Assembly (NCBI GenBank): GCA_040954595.2
Contig: CM082581.2
Span: 12,336,286 to 12,400,285, forward strand
Reading direction: 5' to 3'
DNA: 64,000 bases
Source of the DNA: Balanoglossus misakiensis
Lineage: Eukaryota > Animalia > Hemichordata
Part shown: positions 26,001 to 38,350 of the stretch, piece after piece
Numbering within the stretch: position 1 is the stretch's first letter
Layout: each line of letters opens with the position of its first letter
Notes under the pieces: generated by a model
The model's input: only the letters and a program-made list of their open reading frames with translations
Databases searched by the model: none
What the model was told of the DNA's origin: nothing
Made by a program: the position numbers and the translations under genes

Positions 26001-29000
26001 TTCAGTAGCATTCTATCCCTGCCACACAAAAAAGTTGTGCATTGACTGCCGGACTTCTTTGGAAACGATCCCCTTTCTTACCGACAAAGTCGCTCACAAG
26101 TCGCTCACGCTATTAAAGCAATAGTCAGCCATGTACTGCTGGTCGCCATGAAATAAATACCCCCAATCGACTGTTGGCTGAATTGAAACACTGAATGAAA
26201 AAATAGTGACCAGCTCCTCCCCTCTACGTTAATAGAGTATGATTTGACTAAACTGTCAATATTTCGGAACAGGGGTAAAAAGCACGCCGTCCCTGCAAAC
26301 GTTTACGACTGGTGTTCTTCCAAGGACCACTTGACGTTGTGTTTGCACGAGCACATGGCTTTGTCCCGAGTTCGAGTCACGGTATGCGCGAACAAAACAA
26401 TTTAATCAAAGCTGTGAGAGCTATATATATGATAATTGGGCTGAGGCGGGGTTCTTATCGCCGAGGGGTTAGATTGTAGGCACTTGGTCAAGTAGCTACG
26501 GTCAAGCACTGCCACGATATACCCACGACCAGTGTCTGCCGTGGCTGTTCAGAATAATGACACAAACTGTCATTGGCGACCAGAGACGCCAAAACTGGTA
26601 GTTAAAACCGGACCGTGAAAGAATCAGACAAAAGACCACTTGACGGACCTATTACTATATAGAGGACACATTTCGACGCGACCAGGCGGCACCACGAACA
26701 CCGTCTCCACCGTTTTTTTCTTCGTCTACGGGAGGCAATTTGTGTTTGCCAACATTGATTAGCTTGGCGCTGGCAGCTCTTTGCTTGATCTTCCGACGTT
26801 TGTGTTTAGGGTTCCATATCATTAGTGACACCAAATCCCCCGGGGGTGTCGGGCCCGGGGAAATGTTAACCATCCGATTGAGAACAATCAGATGTCGCGT
26901 CGTCCGACCAATCCCTTCAAATATCCTTATTTATCACTATCCCGTATTCTTCTACGGTTGAGCCATGCCCTGCTGACAACGCCGGGCTTAGTTACAAGGA
27001 ATAGGCAGAGCAACTTTAAATCATTTAAAAACCCATCTCATATATGGTATTTCTGCACTTACTTTATTTGCCGGCTGACCATAAAATGCCAGTCTTGAAC
27101 TTTGACCTTCTTCCATTAGCGACGAAGGTCTCGAGTATGACATTCTCATTAAAAAGTAATCAAGAGATTGCATGTAATGACCATAAGTTTCTCAATCCCA
27201 TATTGTAACTATGTATGTGTATACCTGTGTATACATGTATGTAAGTATGTACTCTAAAGATACATGTATATGCATGTGTACATGTATTGAGTGTTTCATT
27301 GTACACACGTAGAGTTTTCTAATTCGTTTCCAACTTAAAATTCCAACGAATTAATCAAAATCGACCAAGGTTGGAATCTTTACTCTTTCGAGTAAGTTGG
27401 CAATTACCCCAGATATTATTGCGGCGGGATGTGAATATTTCTCGATAAATGACTAACAGACGAATTAGCAAGTCCAGAAATCAAACGGCTTACCCCCAAC
27501 CGAGGTCATGGATATGATTTAAATTATTTTGAAGAATAGGCTGGTTATCTTGCTTGATGGATTTTCTAGAGTGGATGCGAACAGACAGGGATATATATGG
27601 TTCTAACTTCGCAGAAATTATGGCGATATCGTGATCCCGTGTAAGCGTACCTGGTTAAAGCCTGCTAAAACTAATTGATCCGCAATCGCACGCATGGATG
27701 TCTTTTATGATTTCAATTTGAGAGTTGACTCCGAGGATGCGTCGAAGTAGCCATTGTCGAATGAAGACCGTAAATTATCTCATCTCCATTGACTGGGGAC
27801 CTTCACTGTCTTCATTCCAATTTGGCAACTTCAAGACGGCTGGACGCTCGCGGCTCGGGCCAGATTTTTGTCCTTCGCGGCCTTTAAATAGCTCTTGATG
27901 ATTGGTCATTTTTTCTTGGCATATTTACGTCCGGCGTTGAATGCTTGTTATCTCGGGCCTGTCCAGCCAGATCTCGTTAAAGAGGACTTGTGCTGACCGC
28001 AGACAGAAGACGGGGTCCCATTGAGATAACAGGTAATGGGTCTGCTATGGTTACATTTGTTGATAATAAAGAGGGCAAACAAGCAACATAAAAGATAGAT
28101 TCGCGACCCTCTTCGATTTTTCCCCTTTTCATAGACCTGTTTTTTTTTCTACCATGGTCTATATGAGTTCTCATAACGACCCTAAATTGTAGTGCATGAT
28201 ATCAGAGTTGGTTGACGGTCAAGCTGCCACGATTGTCTGAGATTTACCCGGATACCTGAAACGGTGCGCTGGAAATTCGTCAGTCGTCTAAAGAGGCGCC
28301 ATCTTTTCTCATTGAGGATAACTGAAAACCAAAACACCGTTTTTATTGGTTAATTATCATTTAATGATGGGGAAGCATTCAGTTTATACGCTGTTGAAAT
28401 AGCAACCCAAGGGGCATGGAGTCTTGTCGCCAGGTTGGGCGAAGTAATTGTAAGAAGAAGATATCCCAGGTGTCCGTGCTACATCGCTGCTTTATTTCAT
28501 GATAAATGTAAGGAAAGCCATGTTTTTTAAATCCAACGTTAAAGGATGTTTTTGGTCTGCTCCCAATGATCGAATCCTTTGAAGAAAATCGCATTTCCAG
28601 ATAAAAACGCTCGCCCGACACGTCAGTAATGGAACCTGAAAGCCTAAAGGTTTCCAATTTTCTATAAGCATCTGATAACATCAAAACCAATGCTCTCGTC
28701 TCATTTGCCTGAACCAGGCGGTGGACTTATCTTGATGTTTGGTATTTTTAAAAAATATTAAAGAAGTATCTTAGCGTTTTCCAGCATTTTATCTCATATA
28801 TTACTTTGTCCGGAGTCGATACTGTAAGTGGAAGGTAGACCGGGGTGATACATATCTTCCACCATTTGATTAACTAGAGCAGATAGCCCAACATTGATCC
28901 ACAGCCGCACACCTGCACATGCGCAACGGCACTAAGTATTTTGTCTGATTCTGAACAAGGGGTAGGCTGACACGTGTCTGTGTAGGGTAGGGGCGTGGGG

Positions 29001-32000
29001 TGGGGTTGTTTGGTTTAGAGGGCTTTAAAAGCAACGCGTTGTTAAAATTGAAAAAAAAAACACTCGTAGAGTTCTATTTGGGAATACATGCAGTGTGTAA
29101 ACGTATCTTTACTGGGAATATTTTTGATCGGTTGTATGAGCAGTTTAGCTATGCAGGATTCTGCCTACAGCGCAACCGTTGAACATGGACCCTTTTTGGC
29201 GAAAGTGTAGCGGTGGGAAATGTGTGGTTTTCCTTTTAAAAGAGACCACAATCCGTCCATTAGGAAACGAAGACATAAAACCCATTTGGCGCTGTCTCTT
29301 TATGAACACAAATCTTCACATCGGATCGCAAATACCGTCGCGGCATTAAACCGTGTCGTGTGGTCATCCCTCATCGCCGCATTTGTTGTTGTTTTGACAG
29401 ATACATGTTTATTTTGAACGCGGATGAACGAAAGTCGAGATTCGATATCACTTGGGATAAGCTCATTTTCAAGATTATCCCCTCTCGCTCCCCCGGTCGC
29501 CGTTCTTACAAAGTTTGAGTGAGTAACTGTGTGGGTTTTGGGCTGGGTGGCATCATGAGGTGAAATAAATCATCGCCTGAGCTGAAAGAAGCACTTCGCG
29601 AGTAATCTCGAGGAAGTGCCGTGACGTAGTCGATAGGTGATGACGTCATTACTTTCGGCGCTGGGACCTTGACGTTGCGCTTGCATTTAATACCACATGG
29701 GAATTGTTGTCTTCGTCGCTTCTGTAGTCACCGTGTGTTCACAACGACTTCTGGGAAATCTTCAACTCTGTCGGATCAACCACCGCGAAAAATACACATG
29801 CGACCGAAAACCAATCCTTCGTGTCCGAAATTTTAAATATTATAGCGCAAAAAATCGCAAAAGACTGTTTGATATATCGGTGGCGGACAGGAGCGTTCAG
29901 AAATCAGCCGCAATAAAGTTAATAGAGTCTACATACGAGCGTGGACCAAGTCTTCATTGAGCGGTGTCTTGGGTCTAACCTCCCAACAAGCCCACCACCA
30001 TCGGTGCCGCTTGTATTTCAGACCAACCCTTGTCTTGATCGTAATTTTCCTTCAAATAACAATAAGATGCGATTAGGTATAGTGCATTTGCCATCAAGCC
30101 TTCACGACTGACTGGGCTCGCTGGTGGCAGGTGTGCCCTGAGCAAGCCATGTTAGACAATATATGGGCATTTTCTACACGTCAACGATGCCGACCAAACT
30201 TTTCCCTAAAGTCCCCCTGTTCCTACAAAGGTTCTTAACAGACCCCTTTTGAAGTCGGTAATTAAACTCTTTCTAAAAGTTTCAGAGTCTGTCTATTTCG
30301 CATGACACCGTGAACGGGTTGGAATATAAATGCCCAACTTAAAAAACAACCCTCAGAGTGCTGAGTCGGTTTAATTATCTTTGAAATCAATTCCGTCGAT
30401 GCGTTTGCAGAAAAAAAGTCGGGATGTAACTATTGCTTGAGGTAACTTTGTGTGAAACGATTTCTAGAAAAAAAAAACGGCACGAAAACAATCGGATCGA
30501 GTTAGGGTCCTTTCTTCGGGCGCACAATTAAAGTGACATAAAAAGGCGGGGACGTGATTAAAAGCGGGCAACGCTTTTTTTGTTTTCGGCTTTTCAAATG
30601 GCGAATAATGAAGACGTGTTCGGATTTGATTGAACGAGAGAAAGCGACTCAATATCTGGTGACAATGGCGGGCGACACCACGAAGAGGAGAAAAGATCGA
30701 CAGTGAAAGCTGTGACAACCTTTGGGTTGCAGTGACTTCCGTTCGGATTAGCACTCAGATAAATCATGGAAAGTGGCCAAGCTAATTAATTAGGCTTGTT
30801 TATATTTCCGCTCACGAACTCGCTTGCAAATTGGCGTCGGCGTAATATTGAGCAAACTTCAAAGGAACAACTGCTTACAAAGAGATAGATAACCCTGTAA
30901 GCCATGATCTGTGTTAACATTTATCGAGTTTAATGGATGGGATTAGATTAAAATGATAGGCAAAACGCAGAGACAATCGCAGGTGACACCGCGGCCAGCC
31001 TGAGGCCAATCTAGCGAGTTGTCGCCGGTCACAATCAATAGCATTGAACCTGACAGGCAACCGTGTAGAAGGCATCATTTCCAATTGCCCGAAAAAATCA
31101 CTACAGTAAATTGGCGCGGTGTTTCTTTTGTAGGTGCTCCGGGATTGCCGACGGTCCGCGGACGCTAAATGCAAGCCAATTTGGTGAATTCGATTTGAAA
31201 TGAACGGACGGAGCTCGCACAAAAGAGAACGACGAATGTTGCTTCTTAGTATTCGACATTCGGCTCTTGGGAGTGAACGCTTCATTTCAGATGTAAACAC
31301 CTCATGAAATAAGCATGTAATCTAATATCGCCAGCTATACTGTCTGCCTACAGACTACATTAACATGGAGAGAAAAAAAGATGGATTTATCACCTTTCAA
31401 CGGAGATGCCCCCTTTCCCAAACTTCCTCTGCCATTTCTGTCGAATATACACCCCTATGCGAAAAAAAACAACAACTCAAAGTTGTGAACAAATGTCACA
31501 GAAGATAAAGTCAGCCACGCGCAGATTCTTTTATAACGTTAATAAAATATTCACTTGCTCTTCCCCTCTCTGTGATGACACTTAGATTCGTCTTGTCGCG
31601 GGCTATTTAATTCAGTTAATTAAAACGAAGTGCAGGCCCCTGAAACCTGGTGGAGCGAAATCAATATTTCACATATCGCTTTCAATCAGTCGGCCAATGT
31701 GATTGTGTGATATGAAACATCAGTCAAAAATCAACATGATAAAGTCAGCGAATTGATCAGGACGGCGAAGAAAAGACAGCCGAACGGGGGTCCCATTTAA
31801 TGGCTCTCAAAACCCAACCACTTGGTTACGAATCAGCGACCTGGCAGTCTGACAGGCACATCATCGCGGTTCTCGACGAGCCAACCCGATTCCCCGGCGG
31901 CTTTGCGCACTGCGCCCCGGTTAATACTACAATAGGCAGGGTCGGTGAAATATTCTTTCTCTCAATGACAAAGCGTCATAAAATACTGATAAAATGTTAT

Positions 32001-33977
32001 AAAAGGCGCAACGTTGAAAAGCTCTCCCGCCTACCAGAGAAATTATTGCATTTTTTATGTAAACCTGTCAGGCGGGTTGATAAGTTGTGCTGTCAAACTG
32101 TGAAAATAAGTCTCTTCATTCGCTTTTTGGGGTGGGTGAACTTTGCTCCCGGTGGGAGTAAGTTTTTGCACAGTAACACAGTCTGGATCTGCGGAATGTG
32201 CGTTGCTTTTCCCCCACGTGATTTTATTGGTTCCTTCACTCGTTTACGTTGTTGATTTCGTGTTTCCCTATAACAGAAACAAGGTTCACTATTCTTTGCA
32301 ATTTTTTCTGTTTCTTCAACTTTGTTGGCACCCATTTCTGGCAAACTGTTGTTTTGGTGTTAAAGGTTTGATTCTGTCTTTTATTTCAAGGCTGTTCCCC
32401 AAACACCCAAGAACGTCCTTCCCTTTGCGGATGACTGATACTTTTAAACGTTTACTTGACGCTAACCCCAGAGCTTGCGTACTGTCTCACCGTATTTACC
32501 GAGAGTTGTAATTCCGCGCTTAACGTCGACCAATAGAGTCCTGCGGGATAAAATCAAGCAATACCGTAGAACCATGCATACTGTAGACGCGCCGTCTCGT
32601 TTCCTGATTTGCTTTTTACGGTGAAAACACAGACGGAAGAGAGTTTTCATTAAGAGGAAGGGACTGTTTCATCTCAGATCTGCAAATATCCGTTGCCAGC
32701 CGTCCATCAATAGCCGTCTTCAACAAGGGGCGGTTTGTATAATAATAAAAATAGAAATTAAAGATTAATATGTTTTCATTAGGCGTCCTCTTTGAACAAA
32801 AATTCCAGTCGACTACATTAAATGCAATCAGTTTCATCAAAGTTTAATTTCATTGCGTGGATTGTTTTCGATGGGCCAGCGATGTAATCTGTATATGCTA
32901 CAAAGATACGCCTGATATACTAACATATCGATTTAATTGAATACGTACTACGTCATGCGTATCTTTGGCGCAGATTTTTTGTTGCTTCTCGATACGGGAG
33001 TGGCGTTCAGGTTTCGTAGAATGCTTGTGTGTGCCCGAAACTGTGTTTGAAGTGAGCACGGTTGCGTTTTCGTTGCGATAATAACCCTGAAGAGGTTACC
33101 TGTCCATTTTATGCTTTAGCAGCCTAGCAACGGTCGACACTCGGCGCAGTAGCTGATGCCGACCCTATCTGAGATATAGACAAAAGATTGGCCTTCAGTA
33201 AACCCTGCTTTGGGGTGAGCGTTTGATTGTGTTTGGGCGAGTCAGTGCAAATGATCTTAACCGCTATGTCATGTTTGCAGAGGTGTAGTTTACCGATTTG
33301 ATGTTTAACACTAACACTTTGCAGGTATAAAAAAAACAGGACCGGTAATCGGGAAACACTGACGAATCGCTTTGACCCGGGGCTTCCTGTCTGCAACGCG
33401 CGGTGTCGCCGAATTGGAGACTGCAAATTTAGAACCCTACTATTATCACTCGATTTCCATAGCAACGCAGCTGTGGTGGTGAAGAAATGTTGGTAGTCTT
33501 TCTGGCGATTGTCGTTTATGTCTTTATAGCATTGGTCTCATTATACTGAAATCTATTATCGTGGCCTGATAGATTTACAATTGGGGGCGGGCCTAATGAA
33601 CACCTTAATTTTACATCCAGAAAGTGAAGAATAAGTCGAACGCTTTTCAATGGCTTGCTGCTTTGTTCTGGGCGAAATGCTAAGCTCATAATAAATAGCT
33701 AGGTACTATACGCTGCCAATACCATTAAAGGTTGTTTACATAGCGTCGACTTTGATTCCCGAAAACTGTCGGGGGGTTCTTGTCAGGTACACCGGGCATT
33801 TCGGACCAGGCCGTCAGGTTCGGCGTTTGCCGGGCCATGGTGAACCCCGGTCTGGTGTCGCCGTTCACTCGGTAGCGTAATACAAGCTACGGTGTTCCAC
33901 ATCGGCCTGACATATTGAGTTAATAACTGACCTAATCATTCCTCTCACCAACATTAACCGTATATTCTTTACCCAGA

Positions 33978-34050
33978 ATTGGAGGCGTAACCGTTGACTG
34001 GCCTTCTCCAATAAGCAGCTGTTTGGCGCTGGCCAATCACTAGACATTGG
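33978..34050 (+). promoter_or_regulatory. Cluster of four CCAAT/ATTGG boxes upstream of Nkx6 (probable proximal promoter, NF-Y sites)
   Basis: ATTGG 33978, CCAAT 34008, CCAAT 34033 and ATTGG 34046, about 480-550 bp upstream of the ATG. Confidence 0.5.
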
Positions 34051-34526
34051 TAAAACGGCACGGCTGACCTTAGAGGCGTATCAAACTATAATTAATCTTA
34101 CGGCATTTAGTTGATTGATGAGCGAAATAATCATGCCCGCCCCGCTACACGTACTTGGGCTATAGCCGAGTGTCCGCTGCTTCCAAATGCATACACTTCA
34201 TTAATCACGATTTCTTCCCTACCACCCAGGTTGTAATGTGTGCGTATTTTTTGACCACTCTCAGTACGTGGATGTGTTGATATGACTTAAACTTCTGATC
34301 ATTTGGTGAAGCAACACTGACCGCTGGCCGTTCTCGCTGTCACTCCTTCGAGCGTCGTCTGCCGGGGTTTTCATCTGAAGTTGGCCCTATCTGCCGGAGT
34401 TGTATAGGGGACACCACTGTGGGCACTGGGTCGCACAGTGTCGTCAACACTGCTGATCGACGCGCATTCTTTTTGCCCAGATTCTTAATTTTTTTGATAC
34501 CTATTTGCCCAACACGACAGACTTAA

Positions 34527-37500
34527 ATGCTTACCGTACACAGCGTTATGGACCCATCGCGATCGAGTGCATTTGTCATGAGCAACCCACCATTGGCTGC
34601 TCTTCATAATATGACCGAGAAAAACCAGATGTTTCAGTTTCCACCGGGGTACAGCACTTCACTCAAACCCGTCTGTTCACCGCCGTCAGCAACACCCCAC
34701 AGTATATCAGACATATTGAACCGACCGGACAGTGGGAACATACTGAACGTGCCCAGGCTGAACTCGGTAAACGCGGGGATGTATTTTTCTGCTGCCAGTC
34801 GGTTTAGTAAGCCGGAGATACCGGGAGCCCACGCCTCGGCATTGTACTGGCCGACCGGAATGACGAGCGTACAGCACCCGAATTCGTGGCGAGAACGATA
34901 TTCCTGTCAAATGGGAGCGCCTGGTGGAGGTAAGACAATCAAACACAATCACAATGTCCTTGTTACAGCGACGTCAAAGCACTGCGCTGGTATAAACACA
35001 CGCACACCTATACCTTTTACCGTATAGCTGTTCTGAATGCTTTGAACAGGCGCGAAATCCGTCACTTGATGACATACAATATCAAGTAATTTCCTCGTAT
35101 TAATACCAGTAAATCTTTTATTAAAAGTCTATTTATTTATTGAAGTTTGTGTTTTCCAGTGACAACTTTGTTCTTTCGAGATTGTGAACGGAACACACTT
35201 CAACTGTTCGACCCTTCTTACACAGAAACTAAATATCAAAGTATCAAGTTTAATTTGATTGTGATGGTTTACTGTCATCGGCATTAAGTAACTGTTATTC
35301 TCCTTCTTGAGATTAGTTGTATGCAAACATAACGGAAGCTATTTCGTTTGTGTTTAGTGTTTGTTTGTGAGAGACACACGTATGAAAAGAACGTGATGAA
35401 AGTTACAGTCAAGACCTTTACAAGACATGTGCAGAAGGATACTTTGCGAGACGAACTCACAGTTCAAAAAGAAAAAAAATGAGAAAACAGTCGAATTTGG
35501 ATTTGAATTGGTCTACTTATTTTTTCTCTCTTTTTTTCACCAGTTTCGGCCAATAGTCCAGGAGGCCTAACAGTCGACAAAGATGGAAAGCGAAAACACA
35601 CGAGGCCCACATTTTCAGGTCAACAAATATTCGCTCTGGAAAAGACGTTCGAACAGACCAAGTATCTGGCCGGTCCGGAGAGAGCTCGCCTCGCATACGC
35701 ACTCGGAATGTCGGAAAGCCAAGTCAAGGTAATATTCACACACTTTACTTGTCCCCCCCCCTTCCCCCCCAAAAAAACTAATCTTGTGATTGGTACACGA
35801 AAGACGTCATTACTGAGTTAGTCACTATTGGCAAGAAATTGTAGAAGTCAACGATCGATGTTTGATGTCACCAGACACATTACCAGAGTGTAAGGGGCTG
35901 TGTCTCGCCCTTCCGCAACACCTGTGAATCTACATACAGGCAGTGCTAGCGATATGCGGTATTTCTTACCGGTGGCAAATTAAAGGTAGCCTGCCCACGC
36001 TTTTTTTATTTCCCGTAGCTTGTTCGGGGATACAGGGCACATTGTTTTCATCCAGATTATTGCTCGGAGCTGCTGTAGTAGGCAAACTGTTGACATTGTT
36101 GTGTTTTGATTCAAGGGTGCAACTCTACCCTGTAACGTTGGATGCAACAGATAAACGCCTTCGGTCTAACTCCGATCGTTTCTATCACGAGTGAATACCG
36201 AATTACACACAATTTTAACCTTCTTTCGGAAGAAGATTAAAGTCACGATTTTGAGAAACACACCCTGTGCCGTACAAAGCACAGTATTGGATCCAGCCCA
36301 AACATTCGTTTGTTTCTATGTCATGTGTACGATTACACTAAGACGGATTTCCCCCGTGCGAAGATTTTCTCCTATCTATGACATCAAACATTTTAATAAA
36401 CGTTCGTTGTTTGCGTTAATTAAAATAATACAGATGTTGTCCAAATCATTCCAGGATTCACTTCAACGATTTCATCACGAATAGTCCTCTAAATGTCTTC
36501 GCGACGGAATGTTACTAATATATTACTTCCTGTTCGATTTTCTCACTGAAAATCGTGCTGTCGAGTTTCTCTGAAACACGGATAAACCATGAGTAAACAA
36601 GCAAGAAACGTCAACTACGTATTCAGATTCATCCATTTTAAACTTTCCAGAAAAGCGCAATCATGTACGATTTTATAAATATTAATCGCAGCGGAAGACG
36701 GCTTTTTATGCCCGGAAAGTCGTTTACTTATGAAGCTCCCCTCTTGTCGCGTTAGTTGACAGGTACCGCTGACAAAATTACCAGCATTTTAGAAATATTT
36801 TGGGTATCCGATAATTTGTCAACAAAATACGATTTAGATGTCAATTTTGCTGGTTCGTTGTCGCATGTTTTTGTTTGGTGATCGTTGAGTCGAGTCAAGC
36901 TGTTACCGGGCAAGAAGTTATTGCTCTTAAAGTTGTTCACTCTTAACCGGGTAAAGTGGATAGGTGACCATAGAATACAGTAAAAAACGCAACGACTCAA
37001 AATGTAATTAAACAGCGCCAGTATGACGCTGAACATTTGTATCAGATTGGATAGCTACCGACAAGTGACATTACTTGTTTGTTTTCCATGTCTGTGTGGT
37101 ACAACTTCAAAACGTTCATTTCAGATCTCCTTTGCCGGAACGTGACCCTGAACGCGACGCCATCGTCAGTTTCTTGGCTCGCTTGCCAATCTTGAGTTGT
37201 GTGAACCGTTTTACGATTTCCCGTTTGGACTTGCTCGGGGTTTGTATAAAGTACAATATATTATGTTTTTGACACGCGGTTTTTTTTCTTCTTTGGCAGG
37301 TTTGGTTTCAAAACAGGCGGACGAAATGGAGGAAGAAACACGCGGCAGAGATGGCTACCGCCAAGAAGAAACAAGAGGAATCCGAAAACATGGCTGCCGA
37401 TGTCTCAGAAAACGAAGACTGCTCAGAAACAGACGGACATCATGGCGATGATTCGGACAGGGAGCTCGATTTCAAAAAGGCACGAACGGACAATTGTGGG

Positions 37501-37542
37501 GACACACCGCCACACTTACAAGGTAGCCTTGACATTCATTAA
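34527..37542 (+). CDS. Nkx6: NK6-class homeobox transcription factor, 3 exons, ~276 aa
   Basis: Exons 34527-34929, 35544-35728, 37300-37542 are phase consistent. N-terminal [16 protein letters not shown]; eh1/Groucho-binding motif TPHSISDIL; homeodomain [46 protein letters not shown]|[25 protein letters not shown], diagnostic of Nkx6; acidic C-terminus. Confidence 0.97.
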
Positions 37543-37810
37543 CAAAAAAGGGAAAAAACAAAATCACAAAAACTGATGACTGAGACAATCTGCCACGCAA
37601 CATGACTAGAGTGAAAGTGCAAAACTCATTCAATCGCCGACCTTGTCAATTTCTTCATAGTACGTTAACACACCGCTGGATGTGACTGATTTTTAGCCGA
37701 AAAATACCTTGATTCCTATACCTTTCAGTTGAACAATTCTGTCCCTTGTCGGACAACACGGTGTCACAGAGTATAGACATGAACTGAAACTATTACAAGA
37801 CACCGAACTG

Positions 37811-38350
37811 TGTAAATAGACTATATATTTGCCAGCTGCCAGACCTCAGCGAAATCCAGCTGTAAGCTCAATTTTACCCTCACCCCGTGACTAGGTTTCG
37901 AGTAACCCGTACGACCTGTCTCAACGAGACTGTGTATTATTATATTTCCAGTGTAAGGAATTTCAGAGTCATTATTATATTGAAACAGACTTGTACAAAT
38001 TTTCTATGTTAGTGTTACTCCAACAGGGTCTTTTTTCATTTAGAGAGACCGTGTAGAGACCGCATCGAAGTAAAAAAAAATTACGGAAAAAAACAACATT
38101 ATGATGAACAACTCGTATCGAACTTAATTCTCAGTCATTTTGCTAGAGGCATAGCCATTGTGTCTCAATTATATCAGAAGCCGTCACGGCCAGGCGCCTG
38201 TTGGAGATACTAACGTCTCAACGCCAGCCGGGCCCGTGTGCTCAGGTGCGCGCTGTCAACCCGTTGTCGGGATCATAGGCGGTCAAGTTTACAAAAAACT
38301 AAATATGAGATCACTTCAACTTTGGTGCATTGTTGACTTTTAACAATAAA
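37811..38350 (+). promoter_or_regulatory. Nkx6 3' UTR elements: Pumilio-type site and probable poly(A) signal
   Basis: TGTAAATA at 37811-37818 matches the UGUAHAUA consensus; AATAAA at 38345-38350. Confidence 0.4.
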
